64,000 bases of DNA from Candidatus Poribacteria bacterium (GTDB lineage: Bacteria > Poribacteria > WGA-4E > WGA-3G). The notes below the pieces were generated by a model, which saw only the letters and a list, made by a program, of their open reading frames with translations, did no database searches and was not told the origin of the DNA. Positions 39,627-49,333 of the stretch are shown piece after piece. The stretch covers positions 135,466 through 199,465 of the forward strand of contig JAPPFM010000056.1 of the NCBI GenBank assembly GCA_028821605.1, read 5' to 3'. How positions within the stretch are numbered: position 1 is the stretch's first letter; every line of letters begins with the position of its first letter. Position numbers and translations under genes: made by a program.

Positions 39627-40508
39627 ATGAATTACAAGATCGTCCATAAAACTGAATACAGCTATACCCATCCCGTGAACCTCTGCTATAACGAGGCGCG
39701 TTTGAGTCCCCGGAGTTTTGCTCATCAGGATTGTAGCGAGAGTCAGTTCGTTGTGGACCCCGAACCTAAAGAGTGCCGAGAACGTCAGGATTTCTTTGGA
39801 AACACCGTTTACTATTTCACAATCCAGCAGCCTCATAATCAACTCACCGTTAGGGTTACGAGTCGTGTGAACGTCAAAGACAGAGAGATGCAACTGAATT
39901 TCGCCAAGCACCTCACTTGGGAGGAGGTGCGACAGCAGTTGCAAACGGATCAGAATTCGGGAATTCTGGAGATGCGGCAATATGTTCTTGACTCTCCAAT
40001 GGTTCCGATGATGCCCGAACTCCACGCTTATGCTGAAAAGTCGTTTACCAAAAGAAAACCGCTGCTCGAAGCTGTTAACGATTTGACCACTCGTCTCTAC
40101 ACCGATTTTACCTACGATCCGGGCTTCACGACAATCGCAACACCGTTGGCTGATGTCATAGAGCATCGTCGGGGTGTTTGTCAAGATTTTGCGCACCTCG
40201 GTATCGGGTGTCTACGTGCGTTGGGGCTTGCTGCGCGTTACGTCAGCGGCTATATTGAGACTGTCCCGCCACCGGATCAGGAGCCGTTAGCGGGTGCCGA
40301 TGCCTCCCATGCGTGGTTTTCTGTTTATCTCCCGCAGCTTGGCTGGGTAGATTTCGATCCGACAAATAACCAGATACCAGCAGATCAGCACATCACAATC
40401 GCATGGGGAAGAGACTATGCGGACGTAACGCCGCTGAAGGGTGTTGTCTTTGGGAGTGGCACACATGAATTATCTGTCTCGGTGGATTGTAAACGGGAAA
40501 ATTTTTAA
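39627..40508 (+). CDS. transglutaminase-family protein (Bact_transglu_N + core; Rv2569c-like)
   Basis: MNYKIVHKTEYSYTHPVNLCYNEARLSPRS, RGVCQDFAHLGIGCLRALGLAARYVSGY, HAW...DPTN. Confidence 0.8.
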   Translation: MNYKIVHKTEYSYTHPVNLCYNEARLSPRSFAHQDCSESQFVVDPEPKECRERQDFFGNTVYYFTIQQPHNQLTVRVTSRVNVKDREMQLNFAKHLTWEEVRQQLQTDQNSGILEMRQYVLDSPMVPMMPELHAYAEKSFTKRKPLLEAVNDLTTRLYTDFTYDPGFTTIATPLADVIEHRRGVCQDFAHLGIGCLRALGLAARYVSGYIETVPPPDQEPLAGADASHAWFSVYLPQLGWVDFDPTNNQIPADQHITIAWGRDYADVTPLKGVVFGSGTHELSVSVDCKRENF

Positions 40509-40521
40509 CCAGTCGCATGCT

Positions 40522-40640
40522 GGTTATCAGTTTTCAGTTCGGTTTTTCTGCGAAAAACCTTTCAGTTTTCAGAAAGAGACTTTGGAATTATCCAAAACCT
40601 CTTGTAACTGACGACTGACAGCTGATAACTGAAAACTATT
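40522..40640. repeat. MITE-like palindromic element copy (TIR GGTTATCAGTTTTCAGTTCGG ... CTGACGACTGACAGCTGATAACTGAAAACTATT)
   Basis: Inverted terminal arms. The right end is identical over about 30 nt to the copy at 44430-44459. Confidence 0.6.
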
Positions 40641-40682
40641 AAAGCGGATCTACGGAGAGGAACGCGAAAATCACCAAGACCC

Positions 40683-40711
40683 CTAACCGAACCGCAAGGA
40701 AAATTAAAATA
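40683..40711 (+). promoter_or_regulatory. copy 3 of conserved leader motif CTAACCGAACCGCAAGGAAAATTAAAATA
   Basis: Immediately 5' of the MazG-like gene. Confidence 0.45.
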
Positions 40712-40996
40712 ATGACAATTGAAGCGTTTCAGAAGCAAATTGAAGCTATCTATTACACGCGCGATGCTGAGCGCGGCGTACCACTAACCTTTACATGGTT
40801 CGTTGAAGAGGTCGGCGAATTGGCGAAGGAAATCCGCAAACAGCCGCAGGACATAGAACGGCTGCGAGAGGAATTCGCCGATGTTTTTGCATGGCTCGCC
40901 ACGTTAGCGAGCCTGCTCGGTATTTCCTTAGAAGATGCCGCGCAAATCTACGCAGCGGGCTGCCCGAAATGCAAAGATACGCCCTGCGACTGTTAA
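40712..40996 (+). CDS. MazG-like nucleotide pyrophosphohydrolase domain small protein with C-terminal CPKC...C.C motif
   Basis: EEVGELAKE ... EEFADVFAWL matches the MazG NTP-PPase helical core. 94 aa. Confidence 0.55.
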   Translation: MTIEAFQKQIEAIYYTRDAERGVPLTFTWFVEEVGELAKEIRKQPQDIERLREEFADVFAWLATLASLLGISLEDAAQIYAAGCPKCKDTPCDC

Positions 40997-41010
40997 CTCG
41001 CGTGGTGGAC

Positions 41011-42282
41011 TTAATTTCCATTCAAAAACCGATCGAAGTTACCGCCGAACAGGTTGTTGACATCCCGCTCAATCTCTGCCGAAGTCGGTGCCCACCCGAC
41101 ATCGAGAAGCGTTTGATATTTCTCTACCAAAACGTCCGCGATAATCTGACGCGAGTGTTTCCACTTATAGACAAGCTGATCCAAAATTCGTGCATCGGAA
41201 TGCTGTGGGATAACACTCAAACCGAGCAGTTCAATCCGTTCTCGTGTAATCTCCTCAATGACGCTCGGATTGTTCATAAACCACCAACATCCGAATATCA
41301 TCAAATTCTTGAATTTCCGCCCAATCACACACAATTCATGCTGGTTCTCGCGAGACAGCAGGGTAACGAGAAACTTATTGTCAGGATTTTCACGGAGTAG
41401 CGTTTCCAGACTCGTCAGATCCGCTTTCCCACTTCCGTCACCTGCCATCTGAAGTTGTGGGTTAACGGCGCGTTTCACGCCAATCATCAGCGCGAACGGA
41501 ACGTTAAATTCACGCGAAATCGGTAGTATGCAGTTGTCAAAGAGCCTTCCAAGGACACCATCCTCAGGGTATTGGAAATCCGGTGGGAGGGAGACCGCCA
41601 TATATTTCGGGTTCATTCGTTGAATCCATGTTTCCAAAAATCTGCGGACTTCCTTGTAAGTCTTCTCTGTTGATAGATCAGGATCAACATCATAGCCGAG
41701 ACCGAGAAGGTGATCATAACCGACTTCTTGGTAAGTGTTGATGAGGACATCCATCCGAAGTGCCGCTTCAAAGCGCGTGTCACCCGTGTCACCAGATTGC
41801 CAGACCGGTGCTTCTGCCGAATCAAAAGGATCGTTCGTCATCACCACTTTAGAGACTTTTGCGCGTTCAAAAACAGTGTCAATAAATGCCTCAACGGTGG
41901 TATCCGCAAAGTAGTCGCGGTAGTCCTGTAGATTGCGAGAACCGACATCTAACCCCAATTCATTTAAAGCCGTCACAACCCCTCGGCACGCCTCACTCAC
42001 CGGTGAGTTCTCAATAAAAAGCGTCTGCCAGATGAGATCTGCTTGTTCCGTCTTTGTCATCGCCCAGAACTGCTGATATGAGATATCCGATTTGCGGAAG
42101 ACTTCAGCGATAAGGTAGTGATAGGTAAGCAATTCATCTATACCCCATAACAACAAGTCACCGAAGGGCGGACTAAAGAGGTGTGTGTGAATATCTGTGA
42201 TGTTTTGCGTGTCAACAGCGTCAAAAACAGCGGTTTTCAACTGTTCTGTGGTAGCAAGTGTCTGTGTTTGATTCATGTTCAT
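41011..42282 (-). CDS. uxaC: glucuronate (uronate) isomerase family protein
   Basis: ITDIHTHLFSPPF aligns with UxaC PIFDYHCHLPP. The C-terminal FGCWWFMNN...DARILDQLVYKW...NLFGGNFDRF aligns with E. coli UxaC FGSGWWFND...DSRSFLSYTRHEYFRR...NICFNNARDYF. Confidence 0.6.
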   Translation of the reverse strand: MNMNQTQTLATTEQLKTAVFDAVDTQNITDIHTHLFSPPFGDLLLWGIDELLTYHYLIAEVFRKSDISYQQFWAMTKTEQADLIWQTLFIENSPVSEACRGVVTALNELGLDVGSRNLQDYRDYFADTTVEAFIDTVFERAKVSKVVMTNDPFDSAEAPVWQSGDTGDTRFEAALRMDVLINTYQEVGYDHLLGLGYDVDPDLSTEKTYKEVRRFLETWIQRMNPKYMAVSLPPDFQYPEDGVLGRLFDNCILPISREFNVPFALMIGVKRAVNPQLQMAGDGSGKADLTSLETLLRENPDNKFLVTLLSRENQHELCVIGRKFKNLMIFGCWWFMNNPSVIEEITRERIELLGLSVIPQHSDARILDQLVYKWKHSRQIIADVLVEKYQTLLDVGWAPTSAEIERDVNNLFGGNFDRFLNGN

Positions 42283-42385
42283 TTAACCCTCCAGATTCTG
42301 AAAAAAATAATTAAAAAAAACGGACGTTGACACCTTCCAACTCCCTTTGAACGAACTCGCCGCAGTCCTTCATTGAAACGTTGGA

Positions 42386-43387
42386 TCATAAAATAGAGTC
42401 AAACGGCGGATACTCCAATCCCCACTGTTCCCTAACAGTATCCATGGTCTTCATGATGGATAGAGACTCATCCAGCGGCATCACACGGCTTTCGAGTCTC
42501 CGTTCTCGGAGGCAGTTTATAACCTCAATCACTTGGTTTTCAAAGCCATTTGCGATGAACGGTATCTTGATGTGTACGGGATCTTTTCCAGTCCGAATGA
42601 GCGTCGCAGAAGTCGCTTGCCAGAATTCGGGAATATGTATTGATCCTTCGGTTCCGATGATGCGTGCTTCCTTTGAGGTTTCGGTTCTGATAGCACAGAA
42701 TAAATTGGCTATCTGTCCAGCGTCATAGCCTAACAGGATAGACGCTTGTTCGTCCACGTTGGTTGCTCCGATGTGTGCCAGACTGGTGATCTTAGATGGT
42801 GCACCGAATACCATATAGGCAAGCGCGACCGTATAAACGCCAACGTCCAAAAGCCCACTGCCCCCTAACTTTGGATTGAACAATCTACCTTCAAGGACTT
42901 CGGTACTCAGCGTTTTTCGAGATCCGTGATCCGCTGTCAGCAAACGCGGTTCGCCTATGGCACCCTCAGCCAACCATTCCCGAACTTTAACGATTATGGG
43001 AAGAAAGCGGGTCCACATGGCTTCCATCAGAAATTGCTGGCTTTCTCGAGCGCATGCTATCAGTTCCTCTGCCTGCCCTGCGTCCACAGTGAGAGGCTTT
43101 TCACATAAAACCGCTTTCCCTGCTTCCAGACACAGCATCGCACACTCCTTGTGAAAAGGGTGCGGCGTTGCCACATAGATAACGTCCACTTCAGGATCGT
43201 TCGCCAATTCGATGTAACTGCCGTGTCTATATGGAATGTCAAACGTGTCTGCAAATGTGTTGGCTCTCTGGGGATCGCGTGAACCGACAGCGACAATCTC
43301 AGTGTCAGGAACCGCTTTCAGTCCAGTGGCGAATTTATGTGCAATACCACCGGGACCGAGTATACCCCACCTGATCTTCTTCGGCAT
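42386..43387 (-). CDS. Gfo/Idh/MocA family oxidoreductase
   Basis: IRWGILGPGGIAHKF Rossmann motif; LCEKPL. Confidence 0.8.
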   Translation of the reverse strand: MPKKIRWGILGPGGIAHKFATGLKAVPDTEIVAVGSRDPQRANTFADTFDIPYRHGSYIELANDPEVDVIYVATPHPFHKECAMLCLEAGKAVLCEKPLTVDAGQAEELIACARESQQFLMEAMWTRFLPIIVKVREWLAEGAIGEPRLLTADHGSRKTLSTEVLEGRLFNPKLGGSGLLDVGVYTVALAYMVFGAPSKITSLAHIGATNVDEQASILLGYDAGQIANLFCAIRTETSKEARIIGTEGSIHIPEFWQATSATLIRTGKDPVHIKIPFIANGFENQVIEVINCLRERRLESRVMPLDESLSIMKTMDTVREQWGLEYPPFDSIL

Positions 43388-43402
43388 TCGGATCTCCTAT
43401 TT

Positions 43403-43834
43403 TTAAGGAGTAGGTTCTGATTCAATTTTGCTGGTAATAAAATTAATGATCTCTTCGGGGGAGTGTTTGCCGAATCGGATGTAAACACCGCGGAAGTTTT
43501 CGAGGCGTGTTGGGTGGGCGAACGGACTGAGCAGCACCCCGTTCGCGTCGGTGTAGAAACTGCGAAATGTTTCCCAAGGTCGTTCCAACTTGTAGAAACA
43601 ACAACTTGTAATGATAAGCTTATCCACTTCAAACTGGTGGTGAAACGGCAGAAAATATTTATAGAGCGACCCGATCAAAAAAATAGCCGACAGGACAGCG
43701 ACATAAATTAATTGGAAACCCAGATAGATGATAAGCAAGAGGAGTAGAAGAAAAAGCCCTAACAATACAGATTTGCGCCAATTCTCAACGAGTGGATGCA
43801 CTGTCCATGAAAGCGTTGTAGGCGCGTGCGACAT
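43403..43834 (-). CDS. hypothetical membrane protein (2 TM)
   Basis: Hydrophobic LLGLFLLLLLLIIYLGFQLIYVAVLSAIFLIGSLY. No recognisable family. Confidence 0.4.
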   Translation of the reverse strand: MSHAPTTLSWTVHPLVENWRKSVLLGLFLLLLLLIIYLGFQLIYVAVLSAIFLIGSLYKYFLPFHHQFEVDKLIITSCCFYKLERPWETFRSFYTDANGVLLSPFAHPTRLENFRGVYIRFGKHSPEEIINFITSKIESEPTP

Positions 43835-43876
43835 ATCGGAACTCTTTTTTATACGTGTTTGTGGACGCGAACGAGG

Positions 43877-44296
43877 CTATTCTGTGGTATCTGTGGCACC
43901 GCCATCAATCTCTGTCTTTGAGTCATCTTGGGTATCACTCCCACTGCCTTCATCTGTTGGGGTTTCGATAGTCTCTCCACCTGTAGTATCAGCAGGCTCG
44001 GTTGTGGCTTCCTGTGTCGTTTTCTGCTCAATCGGCGTGAGTTCACTGCCGGTATCTTCACCGTAGAAACGCATGAGGAACAGTGAAATAACCATAAACC
44101 CGATAGCGAGCCATGTCGTCAACTTACCCAGAAATGTCGCTGCACCGCGCCCTCCGAGGACAGACTGCATTTCCGCACCACCGAACGCGCTCGATGAAAG
44201 CCCTTCGCCTTTGCTGTCCTGCAAAAGAATAATCAGTGTCAGAACAACACAGATTGGCACGAAGAGAAACACTATAAAACCCATGATAATTTCCAT
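43877..44296 (-). CDS. secG: preprotein translocase subunit SecG with acidic Thr/Glu-rich C-terminal extension
   Basis: LLQDSKGEGLSSSAFGG...GGRGAATFLGKLTTWLAIGFMVISLFL matches SecG. Strong SD aggagga 8 nt upstream of the ATG. Lies downstream of tpiA, as is typical. Confidence 0.7.
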   Translation of the reverse strand: MEIIMGFIVFLFVPICVVLTLIILLQDSKGEGLSSSAFGGAEMQSVLGGRGAATFLGKLTTWLAIGFMVISLFLMRFYGEDTGSELTPIEQKTTQEATTEPADTTGGETIETPTDEGSGSDTQDDSKTEIDGGATDTTE

Positions 44297-44318
44297 CTGA
44301 TCATTTCCTCCTATGAAT

Positions 44319-44459
44319 GGTTATCAGTTACCAGTTATCGGTTGTCGGTTAAGAGGGTGTTTGGTAACAATTCCCCAACTTCGGGTACTCCAGAAGGAGG
44401 TAAATCGTTACAAATTCCCTCTTTAACTGATAACTGACGACTGACAACTGAAAACTATT
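44319..44459. repeat. MITE-like palindromic element copy (GGTTATCAGTTACCAGTTATCGGTTGTCGGTTAAGAGGG ... CCCTCTTTAACTGATAACTGACGACTGACAACTGAAAACTATT)
   Basis: Long inverted terminal repeats, inserted between tpiA and secG. The right arm overlaps the last 12 codons and the stop of tpiA. Confidence 0.65.
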
Positions 44460-45193
44460 TTCGCAAACGATTCCGCTTCAAGACTTGCACCGCCGACAAG
44501 GGCACCGTCCACATCAGGCTGCGCTATGAGTTCCGCCGCATTTTCCGGTTTAACACTACCACCGTATTGAATACATATCTGTGACGCGACTTCTGCTGAG
44601 TAAGCGTCTACCAGTAGCCCTCGAATGAAATTATGCACTTCCTGTGCTTGGTCGGGTGTCGCCGTTTTTCCAGTGCCGATTGCCCAAACCGGTTCGTAAG
44701 CAATGACACAAGACAACAGGTCGGCGGCGGATAAACCCGCAATACCTCCTGTGACGTGACTCTCAATCACTGCTTTCGTTTGATTGGCTTCTCGTTCTTC
44801 AAGCTGCTCTCCGACACAGATAATCGGCTTTAAGTCGTGTGCTAAGGCTGCTTTCGTCTTCTGATTAACGCTATCATTTGTCTCGCCGAAGTATTGCCGC
44901 CGCTCCGAGTGCCCGATAATGACGTAGTCACATCCGACATCTTTTAACAGTGGTGCTGAGACTTCACCGGTAAATGCACCGCTGTCTTCTGAATAAACAT
45001 CTTGGGCAGCGAGGCGAATGTTACTGTCGGCTATAGTGTCGCTAACCGCGGCAAGGGCGGTGAACGGGGGTGCTACGATGATTTCAACATCGGTGTCATC
45101 TGCAACTAACGCCTTTAACGCCGTTGTGAGCGCGACCGCCTCTGAGATCGTTTTGTTCAGTTTCCAATTCCCTGCAATGATCGGTATTCTCAT
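44423..45193 (-). CDS. tpiA: triose-phosphate isomerase
   Basis: IIAGNWKLN, IIGHSERR, AYEPVWAIGTG. Start placed at MRIPIIAGNWK with SD ggaaagga; the track ORF starts 4 codons earlier and overlaps the gap stop. The C-terminal 10 aa (FSCQSSVIS) are encoded by the MITE-like element. Confidence 0.9.
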   Translation of the reverse strand: MRIPIIAGNWKLNKTISEAVALTTALKALVADDTDVEIIVAPPFTALAAVSDTIADSNIRLAAQDVYSEDSGAFTGEVSAPLLKDVGCDYVIIGHSERRQYFGETNDSVNQKTKAALAHDLKPIICVGEQLEEREANQTKAVIESHVTGGIAGLSAADLLSCVIAYEPVWAIGTGKTATPDQAQEVHNFIRGLLVDAYSAEVASQICIQYGGSVKPENAAELIAQPDVDGALVGGASLEAESFAKIVFSCQSSVIS

Positions 45194-45204
45194 AGTCCTT
45201 TCCA

Positions 45205-46323
<1,119 letters not shown>

Positions 46324-46473
46324 TCAGAATACAGGCTTGCAAGCGATACTCCTTGATTTGCTATGATACAAGTCTTACGATTTACATCTTTTTTAATTAT
46401 ACTCTAAACTGCAGTAAATTGCAAACGCGTTGTTAACGGATTTGACCGCTCTGAGGCAATTTGACTTGACAAT

Positions 46474-47322
46474 TTGAATAATTTCAGATACCCTATTGGC
46501 ATGTCCACAGACACCAATAAAAAATCGTATCAACCTACCGAGAGTTTCCGTGCTATCCCTGTCGCAGTGCCCGAGAATCTCGGTAACATTCGAGTTATCC
46601 TCTTTGAACCACGTGAACCCGGAAATATTGGCTCTGTCGCCAGAGTCGTGAAAGGTATGGGGCTATCACAGCTCTATCTGGTAAATCCTGTTCCGTTCCA
46701 AGATGTCGATGCAGCGTGGTATATGGCACACGGTGCGAAGGATATTCTCGAAAATTGCCACGTCGTTCCTGAACTGAAAGACGCACTTGACGGCATCCAA
46801 TATCTGGTGGGGACGACACACCGTCGCCGTGATGTACGTCTACCGCAGCCTGTACCTGCCCGCGAGGCGGCGCAAACGATCGCTACAATTTCGCAGGATA
46901 AATCGGTCGCACTGCTTTTTGGACGCGAAGACTTTGGCTTGTCTACCGATCAAATGAGTCTCTGCCAGTTGACCGCAAGCGTACCAATGGCGACGAAAAA
47001 CCCATCTCTGAACTTAGCACAGGCAGTCCAAATCTTTGCCTATGAGGTCTTCGTCGCGAGTCTGGATGAGTATCCACCCTCCGAAATCGACCACGCCGAA
47101 GTGAACGCCTTGGAAGAGTTCTACGAGCGTGTGACTCGCCTGTTGGATAAGGTAGGCGTGACTCCATATAACCAAGACTGGGAGACGTATTTAAAGTCAT
47201 TGCGGCGCGTCTTCTCTCGTACCCCGTTGGAGGCAAGAGACATCGCTACACTGGACATAATTTTCTCTACGACCTATCGGCACATTGAACGTCTTGAGAA
47301 AAAATTAGCAGAGGATAAATAG
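46474..47322 (+). CDS. SpoU/TrmH-class RNA 2'-O-methyltransferase (TrmJ-like)
   Basis: IRVILFEPREPGNIGSVARVVKGMGLSQLYLVNP matches TrmJ motif 1. The start may be the internal Met at about 46501. Confidence 0.65.
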   Translation: MNNFRYPIGMSTDTNKKSYQPTESFRAIPVAVPENLGNIRVILFEPREPGNIGSVARVVKGMGLSQLYLVNPVPFQDVDAAWYMAHGAKDILENCHVVPELKDALDGIQYLVGTTHRRRDVRLPQPVPAREAAQTIATISQDKSVALLFGREDFGLSTDQMSLCQLTASVPMATKNPSLNLAQAVQIFAYEVFVASLDEYPPSEIDHAEVNALEEFYERVTRLLDKVGVTPYNQDWETYLKSLRRVFSRTPLEARDIATLDIIFSTTYRHIERLEKKLAEDK

Positions 47323-47378
47323 TTTTCGTCGCATCTGTTGTCGAAATGGATACGCCCAAAATCTTACGGTAAGAAGTC

Positions 47379-48974
47379 ATGAAAACATTTGGCACTTATG
47401 GACCCGTGAATCCTGAAGAGAATTACGTCGTCTCACGCGCTGAGGAGCTCGCTGATTTCATCAAGCGCGTCAAACTCGGGCGATATATCGTTATCTTCGC
47501 GCCACGACAAACAGGTAAGACCACGTTTTTCCAATGGGCTTTGGAAGCACTCGCAGCTGATACCACAGAAACCTATTTCCCGATTGAACTCAATTTTGAA
47601 GTGTATGAAGACTATACGGCACCTGATTTCTACGCATCGCTCTACAAAAGAATTTACAAAGAGATTAAGCGCGTTTTCCAGAAGCGCGGCATCGTGCCAT
47701 CTGAAGCTTTAATCCAATTCTTGGAGAACACACAGTTAACCAATCACGTTGCAATGCTCGAATTCTTTCAAGAGTTCGCAACTTTTCTTGAAGATGAGAA
47801 ACTCGTCTTCATCATTGACGAGTTTGATGGTATCCCGCGCGATGCTGTGAGCGGTTTCCTTCGTTCACTCCGTAATATCTATGTTCACAGTTCTATGAGT
47901 CAATGTCCCTACAGTGTTGGCATTGTAGGCGTTAAGAATATCGCGCAGCGCAATTTAGACCGCTCTATCTCGCCCTTCAATATCCAAGACGAGTTCACCT
48001 TGCCTAACTTCACAGTTGAACAGGTCAACGAACTCCTTGCACAGTATACGCATGAAGTTGGTCAAGCCTTCGCACCCGAGGTTGTTGAGAATATTCACAG
48101 ACAGACTGCTGGACAGCCGTTCCTCGTCAATCGGTTCGCGCAAATCCTTACCGAGGAGATGAACGTTCTGAAGACCGAGACGATTACAATGACGCACTTT
48201 TCAAAAGCACACGCAGAAATTCTTGAAGAGAATAACACCAACCTTACACATCTGGTGACGAATATTCGCAGGGACCCGCGCTTTAAAAACATTCTAATGG
48301 AAATCGTTTCTTACGAGAGGGGAGTCCGTTTTAGTTTACGCCAAGAAATCATCAGCGAACTCGCCACTTACGGCGTAATCGCGAGAGGGGCTGACGATCG
48401 CTGTGAAATCATCAACCCGATTTATCACTACTGCATCCTACAAACATTCAGACCTATAGTGAACGGGTTAGAAAAAGATTACTTCCCTGAAGATACCGAT
48501 TTTCCCGACTATCTCACACCCATGGAGCAGATTAATATGGAGCCGCTCCTTGATAACTTCCGAGATTTCATCACACGTGTCGGATTTCGGATACTCCAAG
48601 TCCCAGAAACACCGAAAGAATTTGCCGGTCAAGACCTTCTCTATGCCTACCTCGACCAGTTCGTTAGTTTAATCCGCGGGGTAATGTACCTTGAAGTTCA
48701 AACAGGACGCGGCAGAATGGACCTTGTCATCTTCCAAAATGGACAGAAATACATCGTCGAAACAAAGATTTGGGAAGGTCAGCGTCGCTATGAGGCAGCT
48801 AAGAAACAACTCGCAGCATATCTCAAACTGGAGGGAGTGAGCGAAGGATATTACGTCGTCTTCGACCATCGTGCCGAGCCAGAACCCCGCGTAGAAACAG
48901 AGACAATAGACAATTTGACAATCCGGAGTTACGTTATCCCTGTCGTCCAAGAAGCCCCTTCACAACAGAGATAA
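47379..48974 (+). CDS. AAA-ATPase-like (PF09820-type) protein with C-terminal PD-(D/E)xK (PDDEXK_9-like) domain
   Basis: Walker A IFAPRQTGKTTF, Walker B FIIDEFDGIP. C-terminus MDLVIFQNGQKYIVETKIWEG (D...E-T-K). Confidence 0.6.
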   Translation: MKTFGTYGPVNPEENYVVSRAEELADFIKRVKLGRYIVIFAPRQTGKTTFFQWALEALAADTTETYFPIELNFEVYEDYTAPDFYASLYKRIYKEIKRVFQKRGIVPSEALIQFLENTQLTNHVAMLEFFQEFATFLEDEKLVFIIDEFDGIPRDAVSGFLRSLRNIYVHSSMSQCPYSVGIVGVKNIAQRNLDRSISPFNIQDEFTLPNFTVEQVNELLAQYTHEVGQAFAPEVVENIHRQTAGQPFLVNRFAQILTEEMNVLKTETITMTHFSKAHAEILEENNTNLTHLVTNIRRDPRFKNILMEIVSYERGVRFSLRQEIISELATYGVIARGADDRCEIINPIYHYCILQTFRPIVNGLEKDYFPEDTDFPDYLTPMEQINMEPLLDNFRDFITRVGFRILQVPETPKEFAGQDLLYAYLDQFVSLIRGVMYLEVQTGRGRMDLVIFQNGQKYIVETKIWEGQRRYEAAKKQLAAYLKLEGVSEGYYVVFDHRAEPEPRVETETIDNLTIRSYVIPVVQEAPSQQR

Positions 48975-48990
48975 TGCTGAGGAAAAATCT

Positions 48991-49215
48991 GTGAAAGATA
49001 AGATACTTGAGAAATTTGAGGCAATCGCAAAAGCAGAAGGGATATGCCCTATTGAAGATGTGATGCGTCGTGGTATGGATGCCCTCGAAAAAGAACTTGA
49101 TCCAATTGAACTCAGTCGCTTTATTGTCGAATTACGACGGATGAAATCAGGCGTATCCGAAATCCAAGACCGGATTCCACTTGATAAATCTGCGAAACGG
49201 ATCCGCAATGATTGA
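48991..49215 (+). CDS. small hypothetical protein (GTG start)
   Basis: 74-aa ORF with an aggaaa SD-like sequence 7 nt upstream. No recognisable motifs. Confidence 0.3.
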   Translation: MKDKILEKFEAIAKAEGICPIEDVMRRGMDALEKELDPIELSRFIVELRRMKSGVSEIQDRIPLDKSAKRIRND

Positions 49216-49333
49216 ACACACTAAAAAGAAGTTAGAAAATTCAACTTGAAATTCTGGGGTGTACTAACGTATCATATATGTATAGGAACGGAATAGTCTT
49301 GCAAGTGTGGAACGTTTATAAAATAGACGAAAA

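Noticed and set aside
39468-40196. 242-aa minus-strand ORF spanning the end of the ATP-grasp::alpha-E gene and start of the transglutaminase gene
   Set aside because: It overlaps two strongly supported plus-strand genes, with no recognisable motifs.
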